DNA of 63,958 bases, filler included, from Octopus bimaculoides (taxonomy: Eukaryota), in the NCBI RefSeq assembly GCF_001194135.2. It is 8 parts of 7 records of this genome, joined end to end, with 100 filler letters (N's around TTAATTAATTAA, not from the genome) between each part and the next. Parts side by side here need not be neighbours in the genome. Positions count along the whole stretch, not along the records: positions 20,865 to 32,720 come from NC_068984.1; positions 32,821 to 38,087 come from NC_069010.1; positions 38,188 to 42,835 come from NC_068986.1; 5 more parts are not named here. One strand, 5' to 3'. The position numbers were made by a program, and so were the translations under genes. Shown here in pieces: positions 27,051 through 38,639 of this stretch. How positions within the stretch are numbered: the first letter of the stretch is position 1; every line of letters begins with the position of its first letter. The notes under the pieces were generated by a model. That model worked only from the letters and a program-made list of their open reading frames with translations, did not search any database and had not been told where the DNA came from.

Positions 27051-27825
27051 NNNNNNNNNNNNNNNNNNNNNNNNNNNNNNNNNNNNNNNNNNNNNNNNNN
27101 NNNNNNNNNNNNNNNNNNNNNNNNNNNNNNNNNNNNNNNNNNNNNNNNNNNNNNNNNNNNNNNNNNNNNNNNNNNNNNNNNNNNNNNNNNNNNNNNNNNN
27201 NNNNNNNNNNNNNNNNNNNNNNNNNNNNNNNNNNNNNNNNNNNNNNNNNNNNNNNNNNNNNNNNNNNNNNNNNNNNNNNNNNNNNNNNNNNNNNNNNNNN
27301 NNNNNNNNNNNNNNNNNNNNNNNNNNNNNNNNNNNNNNNNNNNNNNNNNNNNNNNNNNNNNNNNNNNNNNNNNNNNNNNNNNNNNNNNNNNNNNNNNNNN
27401 NNNNNNNNNNNNNNNNNNNNNNNNNNNNNNNNNNNNNNNNNNNNNNNNNNNNNNNNNNNNNNNNNNNNNNNNNNNNNNNNNNNNNNNNNNNNNNNNNNNN
27501 NNNNNNNNNNNNNNNNNNNNNNNNNNNNNNNNNNNNNNNNNNNNNNNNNNNNNNNNNNNNNNNNNNNNNNNNNNNNNNNNNNNNNNNNNNNNNNNNNNNN
27601 NNNNNNNNNNNNNNNNNNNNNNNNNNNNNNNNNNNNNNNNNNNNNNNNNNNNNNNNNNNNNNNNNNNNNNNNNNNNNNNNNNNNNNNNNNNNNNNNNNNN
27701 NNNNNNNNNNNNNNNNNNNNNNNNNNNNNNATATATCAAAATACATAAGCACATATATATATTTATAAAATAACATGAAAATAAAATTAATATCTAACAA
27801 TAGGGTAATAAAATATTTTGAATAG

Positions 27826-27942
27826 CTTGGAAGAAGTTTCATATGGTTAATGTTCTTGTGCAACGAGGCGATGAGTGCAAGAAAAGCGCGGGCAAGCAGG
27901 GAATTGATAATATTTTGGCTCAGAGCGTTTGTGTTTTGGATG
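27826..27942 (+). CDS. Candidate upstream SVOP exon (WKKFHMVNVLVQRGDECKKSAGKQGIDNILAQSVCVLD; ATG at 27843)
   Basis: ttttgaatag acceptor, GATG|gtgagg donor, open frame; its phase-1 end joins 35711 in frame (G+AG=Glu). No homology support because the SVOP N-terminus is variable. Confidence 0.4.
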
Positions 27943-28439
27943 GTGAGGTGCTCGGCAGAAGATAAAAGTAAAATGACTAGCAAGTAAAAGATACGTAATT
28001 AAATCGGTGTTTCCTTGGTAGGTGGTGATGTGATGATACAAAGTGACTCAAAGGTCCTTTGAACTTTAATATAAACCACTTAACTAAGCTCAGTTGAAAT
28101 CCTTAATGTATTTCTCGTCTCTACTTTTCCTGTATATCACTGACACCCCTCATCTCCTAACCGCAGTTTCAGTCACTGTCTCCACCTGCAATCATTAACC
28201 TCGCTCTGCTCCAAACCTCTTCGCGATGATTATCATGGTTTAGTGATTCTAAGATAGCTGTTCTACTGCTGTGTAGTTTATATTCTAGTTCTCCGAACTA
28301 ACCCAAGCATTTAAATTAGTTATATACTATTACTATAATAGTGGGTCATTTCTAAGAACAATGGATATTCTCCCATCTTGTGGTAATGACATTATTCTGA
28401 AATGAATGTACGTATGAATGTATGCATGCATACACGTGT

Positions 28440-28474
<35 letters not shown>

Positions 28475-28481
28475 GTGTGCT

Positions 28482-28525
<44 letters not shown>

Positions 28526-28697
28526 GTCTGTCTGTCTCACTCTCTCTCCCTACATATATATGTTTATGAATATGTGCTGCACATGTGAAACCATGTGTTG
28601 AAACGAATATTGCTATATTTTGGGATGACCATTTTTTTCTTTTTTGTTACCAAATAAACACACGCACTCTATATACATCCCTCACTCGTTTATTATT

Positions 28698-29190
28698 CAG
28701 TTCTATATTTAAGAGATGAGGAATTGTTTACATTATTTACATTATTTACATTTGACGGATATTCGTCCTCATCTTGTTTGTTGTTAACACAACGTTTCGG
28801 CTGATATACCCTCCAGCCTTCGTCAGGTGTCTTGGGGAAATTTCGAACCTGGGTTCTCATTCCTATCGATGTTACTATTATTATTATTATTATTATTATA
28901 TTATTATTATTAATCAGGTCGCTGCCGTGAATCGAACTCGGAACATTGGGGTTAGTAGCCCGCGCTCTTAACCACTACGCCATATGCCCGTGGGCAATTA
29001 TGGGGTGAATTTTAAGGCTTATAAATCTATTATTTTTCTATCCTTCCTCAATACCGGTTCCCATATGCTATTCATATCTGCACTCGGTCTGCTTAGGAGG
29101 TTGTTGTGTCCTAGCATATGTGCTGCTTCTTTTAGCTTTCGTATTTTCTAGTGTTGTTCCCTGTCTATTATTTTAACTTCATCCCACGTC
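28698..29190 (-). mobile_element. Penelope-like element 3' end: endonuclease C-terminus, tRNA-like segment, (AAT)n, hammerhead-bearing terminus
   Basis: 29186-29019 reads WDEVKIIDREQH*KIRKL/KEAAHMLGHNNLLSRPSADMNSIWEPVLRKDRKIIDL* (one stop, one frameshift); tRNA-like head 28989-28915; hammerhead 28831-28786. Confidence 0.8.
28786..28831 (-). ncRNA. Minimal type I hammerhead ribozyme
   Basis: GACAC-CUGACGA-A-GGCUG-GAGGGUAUAU-CAGCC-GAAA-C-GUU^GUGUU; 5-bp stem I, 5-bp stem II, palindromic ACGU stem III. Confidence 0.7.
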
Positions 29191-29460
29191 GTGGCACCTT
29201 GGACAAGTGTCTTCAATAGCCTCAGACCGATCAAAGTCTTGTAAGTAAATTTGGTAATCGGAAGCTGAAAGAAATCTGTCGTATATATAGAGATGTACGT
29301 ATATATTTATGCGTGTGTTTGTGTCTGTGTTTGTCCCCGCCACCATCGCTTGACAACTGTTGTTGGTGTTTTTCCGTCCCTTTAACTTAGCGGTTCGGCA
29401 AAAGATACCGATAGAATAAGCACTAGGTTTACAAAGAATAAGTCTTGGTGTTGATTTCTT
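29188..29460 (+). mobile_element. SINE family B copy, 5'-truncated
   Basis: GTGGCACCTTGGACAAGTGTCTTC...GATACCGATAGAATAAGCACTAGG. Confidence 0.8.
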
Positions 29461-29461
29461 T

Positions 29462-30720
29462 CCGGCATGCTTATGAACCTTCCTTAGGTCTGCTATTGTA
29501 ATGTCCTCCCACGCTTGCTCTTGTAAATTTTAGTAGGATCCTTCTGTGCGTCTAATCCAGTATACATTTTCCTCGTATGTCTTCTCATCACTTCAAATCT
29601 TTTCCCAAACGTTTTCTACTTCTTCCTTAGGAGTGGAGTCTTCTACAGTTATTTTCTCTTTCCCTGTTCCTCTGTATAATGTTTTCGTATTTGATGTGGA
29701 CAATTTATTTTGCTTCTAAAAATTGTTTCTTTACTCAAATCTTTGTATTCTTTGAGATTTTGCTTGAACTTTTTGTTTCAGTGTTTATTTTCTTGATATT
29801 AGTTCTTCTTTTGGTGAGAATCCATATTTTCTCTTCATCTTTCTTCCTTTTCTGGATCTTACATCATTTCCACAAATTAGTTTATTTAATGTTGATATTT
29901 CCCTTCTCATTAATTCAATCGCTTTTTCAGTTTTACTTCTCCAGTTTGGATTTCTTCCCAGTTTGGTTTTCCTTTTTTTTTCGGAGGTATACAACTGGTT
30001 CCAATTGCTTTAGCAGATGCATAAACAACTAACTCAGTAACATCGGGTTTTAATTCTTGTATGATTTCTTTTGTTACATAATTGCCAATTTTAATTTGTT
30101 TTATATTTTAGTTTGTCTTTGAGAGTTTATGAAGTGGTTCTCCATCATTCGTACTTGTATGTCTTACAACTTCTCACTTGTTCAGAATTTTCTGCTTCTT
30201 TTCCCATCAAATATTCTGTTCTTTAGCAAATGTGTGGTCTTCAAATACTGTTTCTTTGCCACTTTCTTGGCTATCTTTATCAGGTTCATTAGAATTTCTT
30301 ATTCCCTCAGGCTTTTGCTTGATTTAGTCAGATGACAGTCTTCAGTTAAAACTCGTAGAAATGTGTGTGTGTGTGTGTGTGGGGGGGACTACTCTCTTCA
30401 TCTGATTCTTCATTTCCTTCCCGTTTTATATTTAAGCCATTTTTCGCTGCGTGCTTGATCGCGATTGTTTCACTATCTATTAGTCTATTATTTCTAAAGA
30501 TATTCATCCTAATATTTGCTAACTTGTTTTCATCCAAATAGGGCCTGTTGTCTTGATTTCGTTTTCTCCATATTTTCTAAGATTTTGCGGCGTGTTTCTC
30601 TTCAGATGGCCTACCTAATGCATAGTAATATGCGCATATTATTTCTTTATGCTCTGATCCTCTTATAGTTTTCTTTCTGTGGTGGCTGTGGTGGTTAACT
30701 TGGAAGGCTCGAGTTGGGGC
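29462..30720 (-). mobile_element. R4/Dong-like LINE, N-terminal ORF region, decayed
   Basis: MDENKLANIRMNIFRNNRL and PNWRSKTEKAIELMRREISTLNKLICGNDVRSRKGRKMKRKY resemble pre-RT segments of R4-clade ORFs. Confidence 0.65.
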
Positions 30721-31409
30721 AGTTCCTTTTCAAGTGACCATCCAGGTTCGTATTCGTGACTTTGTGCCGGTGGATGACTTCTCGACTCCAGACTGAGGGA
30801 CGCGCTTCCAGATTAATCATAGGACAAGTGATTTGGTGTACTGTTTTAATTTTCCTTTCTGTTTCATAAAACATTTTGTGCTACATTAATATTATTATCA
30901 TTATTGAGCCCCGTGTGGCCAATGCAGAGGAGGTTATTATTATCACTAACATTATTATCACCTCCACCATTATTGCCGTTACAATTACCACCACCATGCC
31001 ATTGTAGCAGCTGTGGCTATCATTGATCACAAATTCTACCTATCTCTTCATGAGCTGGTGGAGATGCGGTTGCTGTCTATCGCAGCTGCCGAGGGCGGGT
31101 AAAGTCAAGTCTGCTGGTTTTGCTCTAAATACTGTGTAGTATTGTTAAATGCTATTGGCTTCATCTCTTGCCTTGTTCTGTATTTGAGATCGTCATAAGT
31201 ACATGTGAGTTGGTGGGTTGGATAGTAGGAGGAAGAGACAGCCTCACGGGCACATCCGAATACCACCAGTCTATAAATAACTTCAACAAATGCGGTCAGC
31301 TAAGGCCAGAATATGTGTTTGCTACCACCACAATCAACGAGAGCGACGGAAAACATTGGAGATAACCGACTCAGCATGTTTTGTTGTTTCAATTATCTCT
31401 TTTACTCTT

Positions 31410-31608
31410 TTACTTGTTTCAGTCTTTTGACTGTGGCCATGCTGGAGCACCGCCTTTAGTCGAGCAAATCGACCCCAGGACTTATTCTTTGTAAGCCTAG
31501 TACTTATTCTATCGGACTCTTTTGCCGAACCGCTAAGTTACAGGGACATAAACACACCAGCATCAGTTGTCAAGCGATGTTGGGGGGACAAACACAGACA
31601 CACACACA

Positions 31609-31653
<45 letters not shown>

Positions 31654-31842
31654 ACACACACACTCACATATACATACATATATACGATGGGCTTCTTTCA
31701 GTTTCCGTCTACCAAATCTACTCACAAGGCTTTGGTAGGCCCGAGGCTATAGTAGAAGACACTTGCCCAAAGTGCCACGCTGTGGGACTGAACCCGTAAC
31801 CATGTGGCTCGTAAGCAAGCTACTTACCACATAGCCACCCCA
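31410..31842 (-). mobile_element. SINE family B, near full-length
   Basis: tRNA-like head (reverse of GGACTGAACCCGTAACCATGTGG...GCTACTTACCAC), central (CA)n, shared tail. Confidence 0.9.
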
Positions 31843-32492
31843 GAAAATATATATACACACCATTTCTTTTTTTCTTTTTGCTGTGCTTTATAGTTTTCAT
31901 AATTGTGCAATTTGTAAATATGTCAGTTGGTTATCTGCTTCATTTAGTATTAGTTCTGGAGAGAGTTCTGAGTTTTGGATTTTGGAGATGCATCTTTCCT
32001 GATTATAAAAGAAATTAAGGGATTATGTACTCACTAAGAGTGGCTTATTTTGAAGTTGCTTAAGTTAGATAGCCGGAGGCGTTTAAGAGTGTTCTTGTTA
32101 AAAAAGAGATGTTTACATATCGTATAAGCATATCGTATAAAGGGAAGAAATTTTTAAATATTCTCAGAAAATCGTTGATATTCAAGCTTTAAAGTTATAT
32201 GCAAGACGATTGTTTGTGTGTTCGGACAGAGGCAGCTGTAGATAGTTAAGTGCTTTAAAAGTTATTTTTTGAAAAGAATTTTAAATACTCACAGAAGATC
32301 ATAGATATTCAATTTTTTAAAACATATATACGAAAAATGATTGTTCGAGTGTTTGAACATAGAAAACTTTATCATTAATATTATTCTACCGACTTTATCT
32401 TTCATCCTTTCGGAATCAGTGAAACACTGAGGTCAATGTAATCGACTAGCCTCCTCCCACCAAATTTCAGGCCTTGTGCCTATAGTAGAAAA

Positions 32493-32565
<73 letters not shown>

Positions 32566-32820
32566 TAGTTTTATTTTTATAACGTGCTTTCACTTCACTA
32601 CCGAGCGCAGCACTGTGCGCCTTGGGTATGTGCTGTGGTTTGCGGTGGTGCTCTTATGGTTACTGTATTGAAAGTGTTTTGCGTAGGATGTGTGCAGTGC
32701 CCAGTAGTGCAATTTTCTGTNNNNNNNNNNNNNNNNNNNNNNNNNNNNNNNNNNNNNNNNNNNNTTAATTAATTAANNNNNNNNNNNNNNNNNNNNNNNN
32801 NNNNNNNNNNNNNNNNNNNN

Positions 32821-32861
<41 letters not shown>

Positions 32862-32879
32862 TAATCTCAGGAGATTGAA

Positions 32880-33445
32880 CCTTACCAAGGAGATGACAAA
32901 AGATGGAGATACTTGGCGCCTTGCCATACTCAAGAAGACTCGTTCTCCACACCAGCTATGTTAATGCTTCTCTTCCTGCTGAAGAGGCTTGGCCTGTAAG
33001 AGCCCTGTGCCAGTGCCATATAATGAGCACATGTACCAGCTCCATCGAAAAGACACCCAGTACACTCTGTAAAGTGGTCGGCATTAGGAAGGGTATCCAG
33101 GCATAGGAACCAAGCCAAATCAGTCTGGAACCTGGTGCGGCTCACCAGTTTGCCAGTTCCAGTCAGATCATCCAACCCACACCGGCAGGGAAAACGGACA
33201 TTAAATGTTGACGACGATGGTGATGATTTTGTGTGTGTGTTTGATGCTATGTAAAAGCACTTGTGCCACTTCCATGCTAAAAGCACCCAGCATACTCTTT
33301 AAAGTGGTTGGCTTCAGAATGGGCTTCCCGGCATAGAAACCATGCCAATTTAGATTGGGACTTGGTGCAGCTCCCCTCCTTCCAATCTCTGGTCAAACTG
33401 TCCAACCCATGTCAGCATGGAAAATGGACATGAAATGATAATGAT
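32880..33445 (+). mobile_element. Two tandem SINE family C copies (RTE-type 3' tail)
   Basis: GGCATTAGGAAGGGTATCCAG...TCCAACCCA...GGAAAACGGACATTAAATGTTGACGACGATG, repeated at 33240-33445. Confidence 0.75.
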
Positions 33446-33502
33446 ACATACATACATACATACATAGACAATCAAATACACATATTCATTCATGCATACG
33501 CA

Positions 33503-33906
33503 CACGTGTGTTGTGTTGGCACTCGGTCGCTTACGACGTCGAGGGTTCCAGTTGATCCGATCAATGGAACAGCCTGCTTGTGAAATTAACGTGCAAGTGG
33601 CTGAGCACTCCACAGACACCTGTACCCTTAACGTAGTTCTCGGGGGGGATATTCAGCGTGACACAGAGTGTGACAAGGCTGACCCCTTTGAATTACAGGC
33701 ACAACAGAAACAGGAAGTAAGAGGGAGAGAAAGTTGTGGTGGAAGAGTACAGCACAGCAGGGTTCGCCACCATCCCCTGCCGGAACCTCGTGGGGCTTTA
33801 GGTGTTTTCGCTCAATAAACACTCACAACGCCCGGTCTGCGAATTGAAACCGGGATCCTATGACCGCGAGTCCGCTGCCCTAACCACTGGGCCATTGCGC
33901 CTCCAC
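33503..33906 (-). mobile_element. tRNA-derived SINE family D
   Basis: Minus strand begins GTGGAGGCGCAATGGCCCAGTGGTTAGGGCAGCGGAC...CCCGGTTTCAATTC (A-box and B-box-like). Confidence 0.75.
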
Positions 33907-35251
33907 CCTAGTTGGACATGATTAACAGGCATTAAACAAGCACAACAATAGCAACCACAACAACAACAACAACAACACTATCCAAATCCACAGGAAAAAA
34001 TAAATACTCCAGCATGGCCACAATCTAATGACTGAAACAAGTAAGCAGTAAAAAGATAACTGTCCATCATAAATCGTTAATGTTCCTTTCAATTAATATT
34101 TTACCAATTGTTGTATTAACATTGATCTATTAAATATTGATACTGTGATTGACCAACCGACAAAGACTTAGTTACTTGAGAGCAATGTATTTATTGATCT
34201 CTATTGAGACGGTCAGTGTCTGTTTGACCAGTGGCCTTGCTCGGCCATTCCTCATCACTCTGACGTGAATTCTATTATATTGCTGTTGTTGAAGAAGATA
34301 ACCACAAGCACGATATGTTGGTGCCGTTGCGGCTATTGTTTTGACACAGTCTATCTAGGACTACATTATCTAATGTCTCCTTGTTGTTCTTTAGCCCCAG
34401 GTCAGCTCTGATCCAACAGAACATACTGTTGTTAATTCAGGCATAGTGTACCTAGGACTGCATTATTTAATGTGTCCTTCCTTGTTGATGTTCTTTAGTC
34501 CCTCTAATTTTGGGGGACTTAAAATTTGGAAAAAAAAGGTTTCATTAATGTTTTGACCCAGTAGAGTTAAGTGGGTCGCCATGAACTGGTGTCATAAATA
34601 GTGGGTCGCGTCTCTAAAAAGTGTGGGAACCACTGATCTGAAGTATTTCCACCAAAATTTCACATTAATTTATGTTTGAAACACCAGCTTAATAATGACC
34701 AAAGTTATTTTACTAAATCCTATATTATTTTCGAAATTAATTAAAATACAGGCAATATATATTTTAATAAAAATATGTTAATAAAAGTTGAAATAGAAAA
34801 AGAGGTTGTGTTCATTGTATGTTTCTGAATATAATCCTTCCTTACTTTTGTCCACCGTATCTCCTGCTACTGCCGCATATCCAGTGTTACCATTTTGTTT
34901 TTGTTGTTGTTGTTACTATTTTGTTATTATTGTTACTATTTTTATTGTTTTTGTAGCTGCTTTTGTTATTGTTGTAGATAATTAACCCTGGTAACGAGAA
35001 ACAGAGACACATGTCCTCTGTTCTATTGTTGCTAGCTTTCAATACGAGACCCAGCAGACATATTGTATAACTTTAGAAACCTATTCCACCCACACCAGTA
35101 CTATATCTTATGAACAATGCCCTTTCGTGCTCAAAGTTTCATAAAAGCACAAAAGGTTTAACATACTTTAACTGCCCTGGTTTTCTATTTTGAATTATAT
35201 ACATACACACACGTGTGTATGTATGTGTGTAGGTGCTGGCATGACTGTGTA

Positions 35252-35297
<46 letters not shown>

Positions 35298-35710
35298 NNN
35301 NNNNNNNNNNNNNNNNNNNNNNNNNNNNNNNNNNNNNNNNNNNNNNNNNNNNNNNNNNNNNNNNNNNNNNNNNNNNNNNNNNNNNNNNNNNNNNNNNNNN
35401 NNNNNNNNNNNNNNNNNNNNNNNNNNNNNNNNNCCACTATGACATATAGAAAAATTAATAATTAAAAGCACAATAAATGAGTATAATATCTTTATCTTAT
35501 GATATTTACTTTACTTTATATTATACTCATTTATTGTGCTATTAATTATTAATTTTTCTATATGTGATAGTGGATTTTCATCGATGAGTTCTTGAAACTT
35601 GGTTATTTTCCCTAAAACTATATATGCATATGTGTGTGTCTATGTGCATATCTATGTGGTGACTGTATTGAATATGTGCTAATAGTTCAAAATATTTTCT
35701 TCAATTTCAG

Positions 35711-35796
35711 AGACATACACCTTACAGCAGGCCATTGATAGGATTGGATTTGGAAAGTTCCAGATGAAGCTGTCCGTTCTCACTGGATTTGCCTGG
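35711..35796 (+). CDS. SVOP: Internal exon of an SVOP / SV2-related MFS transporter (start of TM1)
   Basis: ttttcttcaatttcag|AG ACA TAC...GCC TGG|gtaaat; [28 protein letters not shown] versus vertebrate SVOP [28 protein letters not shown] (recalled alignment). Confidence 0.9.
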
Positions 35797-36063
35797 GTAA
35801 ATATGGATCAGTTGTTCTGTCAATTTTTATAAGGGATTTGGCCAGAACCATGCTGGGGTCAGTGAGCGAGGCTATGAGTGCTCTTTGGTGACTTTTGTTG
35901 GTCATATTGACTAAAAGACCTGTACATATTTTATTGATCTTTATTATTGAACTACTAAGTTATATAGAACATAAAGGATGGAGCATAAACAACAACAGCT
36001 GTTGAAAATAGTGTACACATAAAACAGATATTGATGCACTTACACAATTACATATACATTTAT

Positions 36064-36101
<38 letters not shown>

Positions 36102-36172
36102 ACACACACACACATATCATTTGTAGAGAGCAAAAATCCAAAAGAAGAAACACACTCTAAGATGTAGAGCAG

Positions 36173-36506
36173 TCATCATCATCGTCGTTTAACGTCCGCT
36201 TTCCATGCTAGCATGGGTTGGACGATTTGACTGAGGACTGGCGAACCAGATGACAACACCAGGCTCCAATCTGATTTGGCAGAGTTTCTACAGCTGGATG
36301 TCCTTCCTAACACCAATCACTCCGAGAGTGTAGTGGGTACTTTTACATGCCACCGGCATGAGGGCCAGTCAGGCAGTACTGGAGACGGCCACGCTCAAAA
36401 TGGTGTATTTTATGTGCCACCAGCATAGGAGCCAGTCCAGCGGTACTGGCAACGATCTTGCTCGAATGTCTTTTCATGTGCCACTGGCACAAGTGCCAGG
36501 GAGGCA
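36173..36506 (-). mobile_element. SINE family C copy
   Basis: CATCATCATCGTCGTTTAACGTCCGCTTTCCATGCTAGCATGGGTTGGAC tail plus internal GC-rich tandem units. Confidence 0.85.
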
Positions 36507-36689
36507 GTATATATTAAAAATGGGATAAGCCAGTTTATGGGATTACCTGAGGTTTCCCATCCATAAAGAGTTTAAGTAACACTAATACCAAATCAAAAAC
36601 ATAAAATAAACAAGTTTTTGACGATTTTGCAGATATTTCAAAATTACAATGCTAAGATGCTAGGTGTTTCCATTATATATATATATATA

Positions 36690-37133
36690 CCAGTGGAGCG
36701 CTAACAGCACCATGCGAGCGTGGTCATTGCCAGAGCAGCTGTCTGGCTTCCGTGCCAGTGGCATGTAAATAGCACCATTTGAGCGTGGTCGTTACCAGCG
36801 TCGCCTTCCTGGCACTTGTGCCGGTGGCATGTGAAAAGACATTCGAGCGAGGTCGTTGCCAGTGCCCCCTGGACTGGCTCTTGTGCAGCTGGCACGTAAA
36901 ATACACCATTTTGAGCGTGGCCATTGCCAGTACCGCGTGACTGGCCCTTGTGCCAGTGGCACGTAAAAGCACCCACTACATTCTTGGAGTGGTTGGCATT
37001 GGGAAGGGCATCCAGCTGTAGAAACTGGAGCCTGGTGTAGCCATCTGGTTCGCCAGTCCTCAGTCAAATTGTCCAACCCATGCTAGCATGGAAAGCAGAC
37101 GTTAAACAATGATGATGATGATGATGATGATGA

Positions 37134-37135
<2 letters not shown>
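36690..37135 (+). mobile_element. SINE family C copy, inverted relative to 36173-36506
   Basis: Ends TCCAACCCATGCTAGCATGGAAAGCAGACGTTAAACA(ATG)n. Confidence 0.85.
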
Positions 37136-37178
<43 letters not shown>

Positions 37179-37294
37179 ATACAGCTGTAGTGAGAGGGAT
37201 GGTAGTAGTGGAAACAGCAACAATACTGGTGATGGTGGTGGTGGTGGTTTATGAAAGCTCACTGAATAACCAAAAGGCTGAACATCTACAACTA

Positions 37295-37832
37295 TAAGAA
37301 CAACAACAACATAACTCAGCCATCTCCACTACAACCTTTGCAGCACCATCACCACCACCATTACCACTACCACCGTCTCTACTGTAGTGTCACCACAGCG
37401 GGGTGTCTACTACGACACTGCTGCCAGCAGCAGCAGCACCACCACCACAATCACCACTACCACCACCACCACCACCACCACAGCCACCACAATCACCACT
37501 ACCACCACTACCCCTGCAATTCATTTGATATACTGTTTCTGCTATACCATGACCATCACCTACATAATACATCTACCTCCAGCATGTACCCCATACCATC
37601 ATCACCCCACCCTAGGGTACACCACAACCAACACTACAACATACGACCAACAACAACAACAACACCACCACCACCACCAACATCAGCACATCCTTGTCAC
37701 TACACTAACACCATCACCAATACAATACCACCACTGCTACTACTACCACCTCCACCCTGCCAGCATCACTACCACTACTACCACCACCACCACTAAGATT
37801 ACTATTACCACCACTGCTACCACCATTACCAT
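37295..37832. repeat. Degenerate CAC/CAT/CAA trinucleotide low-complexity tract
   Basis: Direct inspection; source of the poly-His and poly-Thr ORFs. Confidence 0.9.
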
Positions 37833-37944
37833 CTAATTAATTCTATTACCCCCGTCATGGTGTCAACTCATTTGTGGATTGACAAAAGAATCTGGGTTAA
37901 ATGGTGATTAAACAGAAGAATGGTGTCTACATGTGTGTGTATAT

Positions 37945-37975
<31 letters not shown>

Positions 37976-38189
37976 ATATATGTATGTGTGTGTCAATGTG
38001 TGTGTGTGTGTGTATAAACGTGTCTGTATGAGTATATGTATCTTGTGTCTGTACCCATCTAGCTCTCTCTCTCTCTCTCTCTCTCTCNNNNNNNNNNNNN
38101 NNNNNNNNNNNNNNNNNNNNNNNNNNNNNNNTTAATTAATTAANNNNNNNNNNNNNNNNNNNNNNNNNNNNNNNNNNNNNNNNNNNNCT

Positions 38190-38348
38190 TTATTGATCAA
38201 TAATTGATCTTTACAGCCGTATGAGCCCTTGCAGCATCCCTTCTGCTCTTCTGGAAACAGGTTGTTATTTTCCAGGTGTTTACTCACTCTCTGCGATATT
38301 ATTGCAGTAAAGGCTTTGTAGATCGTAGGGAGACAGGTTATAGGTCTA
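38190..38348 (-). mobile_element. R4/Dong-like RT fragment
   Basis: RPITCLPTIYKAFTAIISQRVSKHLENNNLFPEEQKGC. Confidence 0.8.
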
Positions 38349-38420
<72 letters not shown>

Positions 38421-38639
38421 CATCATTGATTGAGAGAACAGTGACATTGGGGTAAACTATTCGAAGCCCAATATATCCATCATGACTACCCGTCTGATAA
38501 GGGCACACCAGACACATGCATCACAACCATATGTGTGCGATATGGGTATTTCATATCACGATAAACGGTACATGACCTTGCAGGTGGGGGCCCACTTAGA
38601 ATTTTCGTCTGGTTGAGTCGCCCATCCCACTACAGAGCT

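Noticed and set aside
28915-28989. tRNA gene call (also 61660-61735 and the SINE B/D heads)
   Set aside because: A and B boxes are present, but there is no 3' acceptor strand complementary to the 5' end; these are tRNA-derived heads, not tRNAs.
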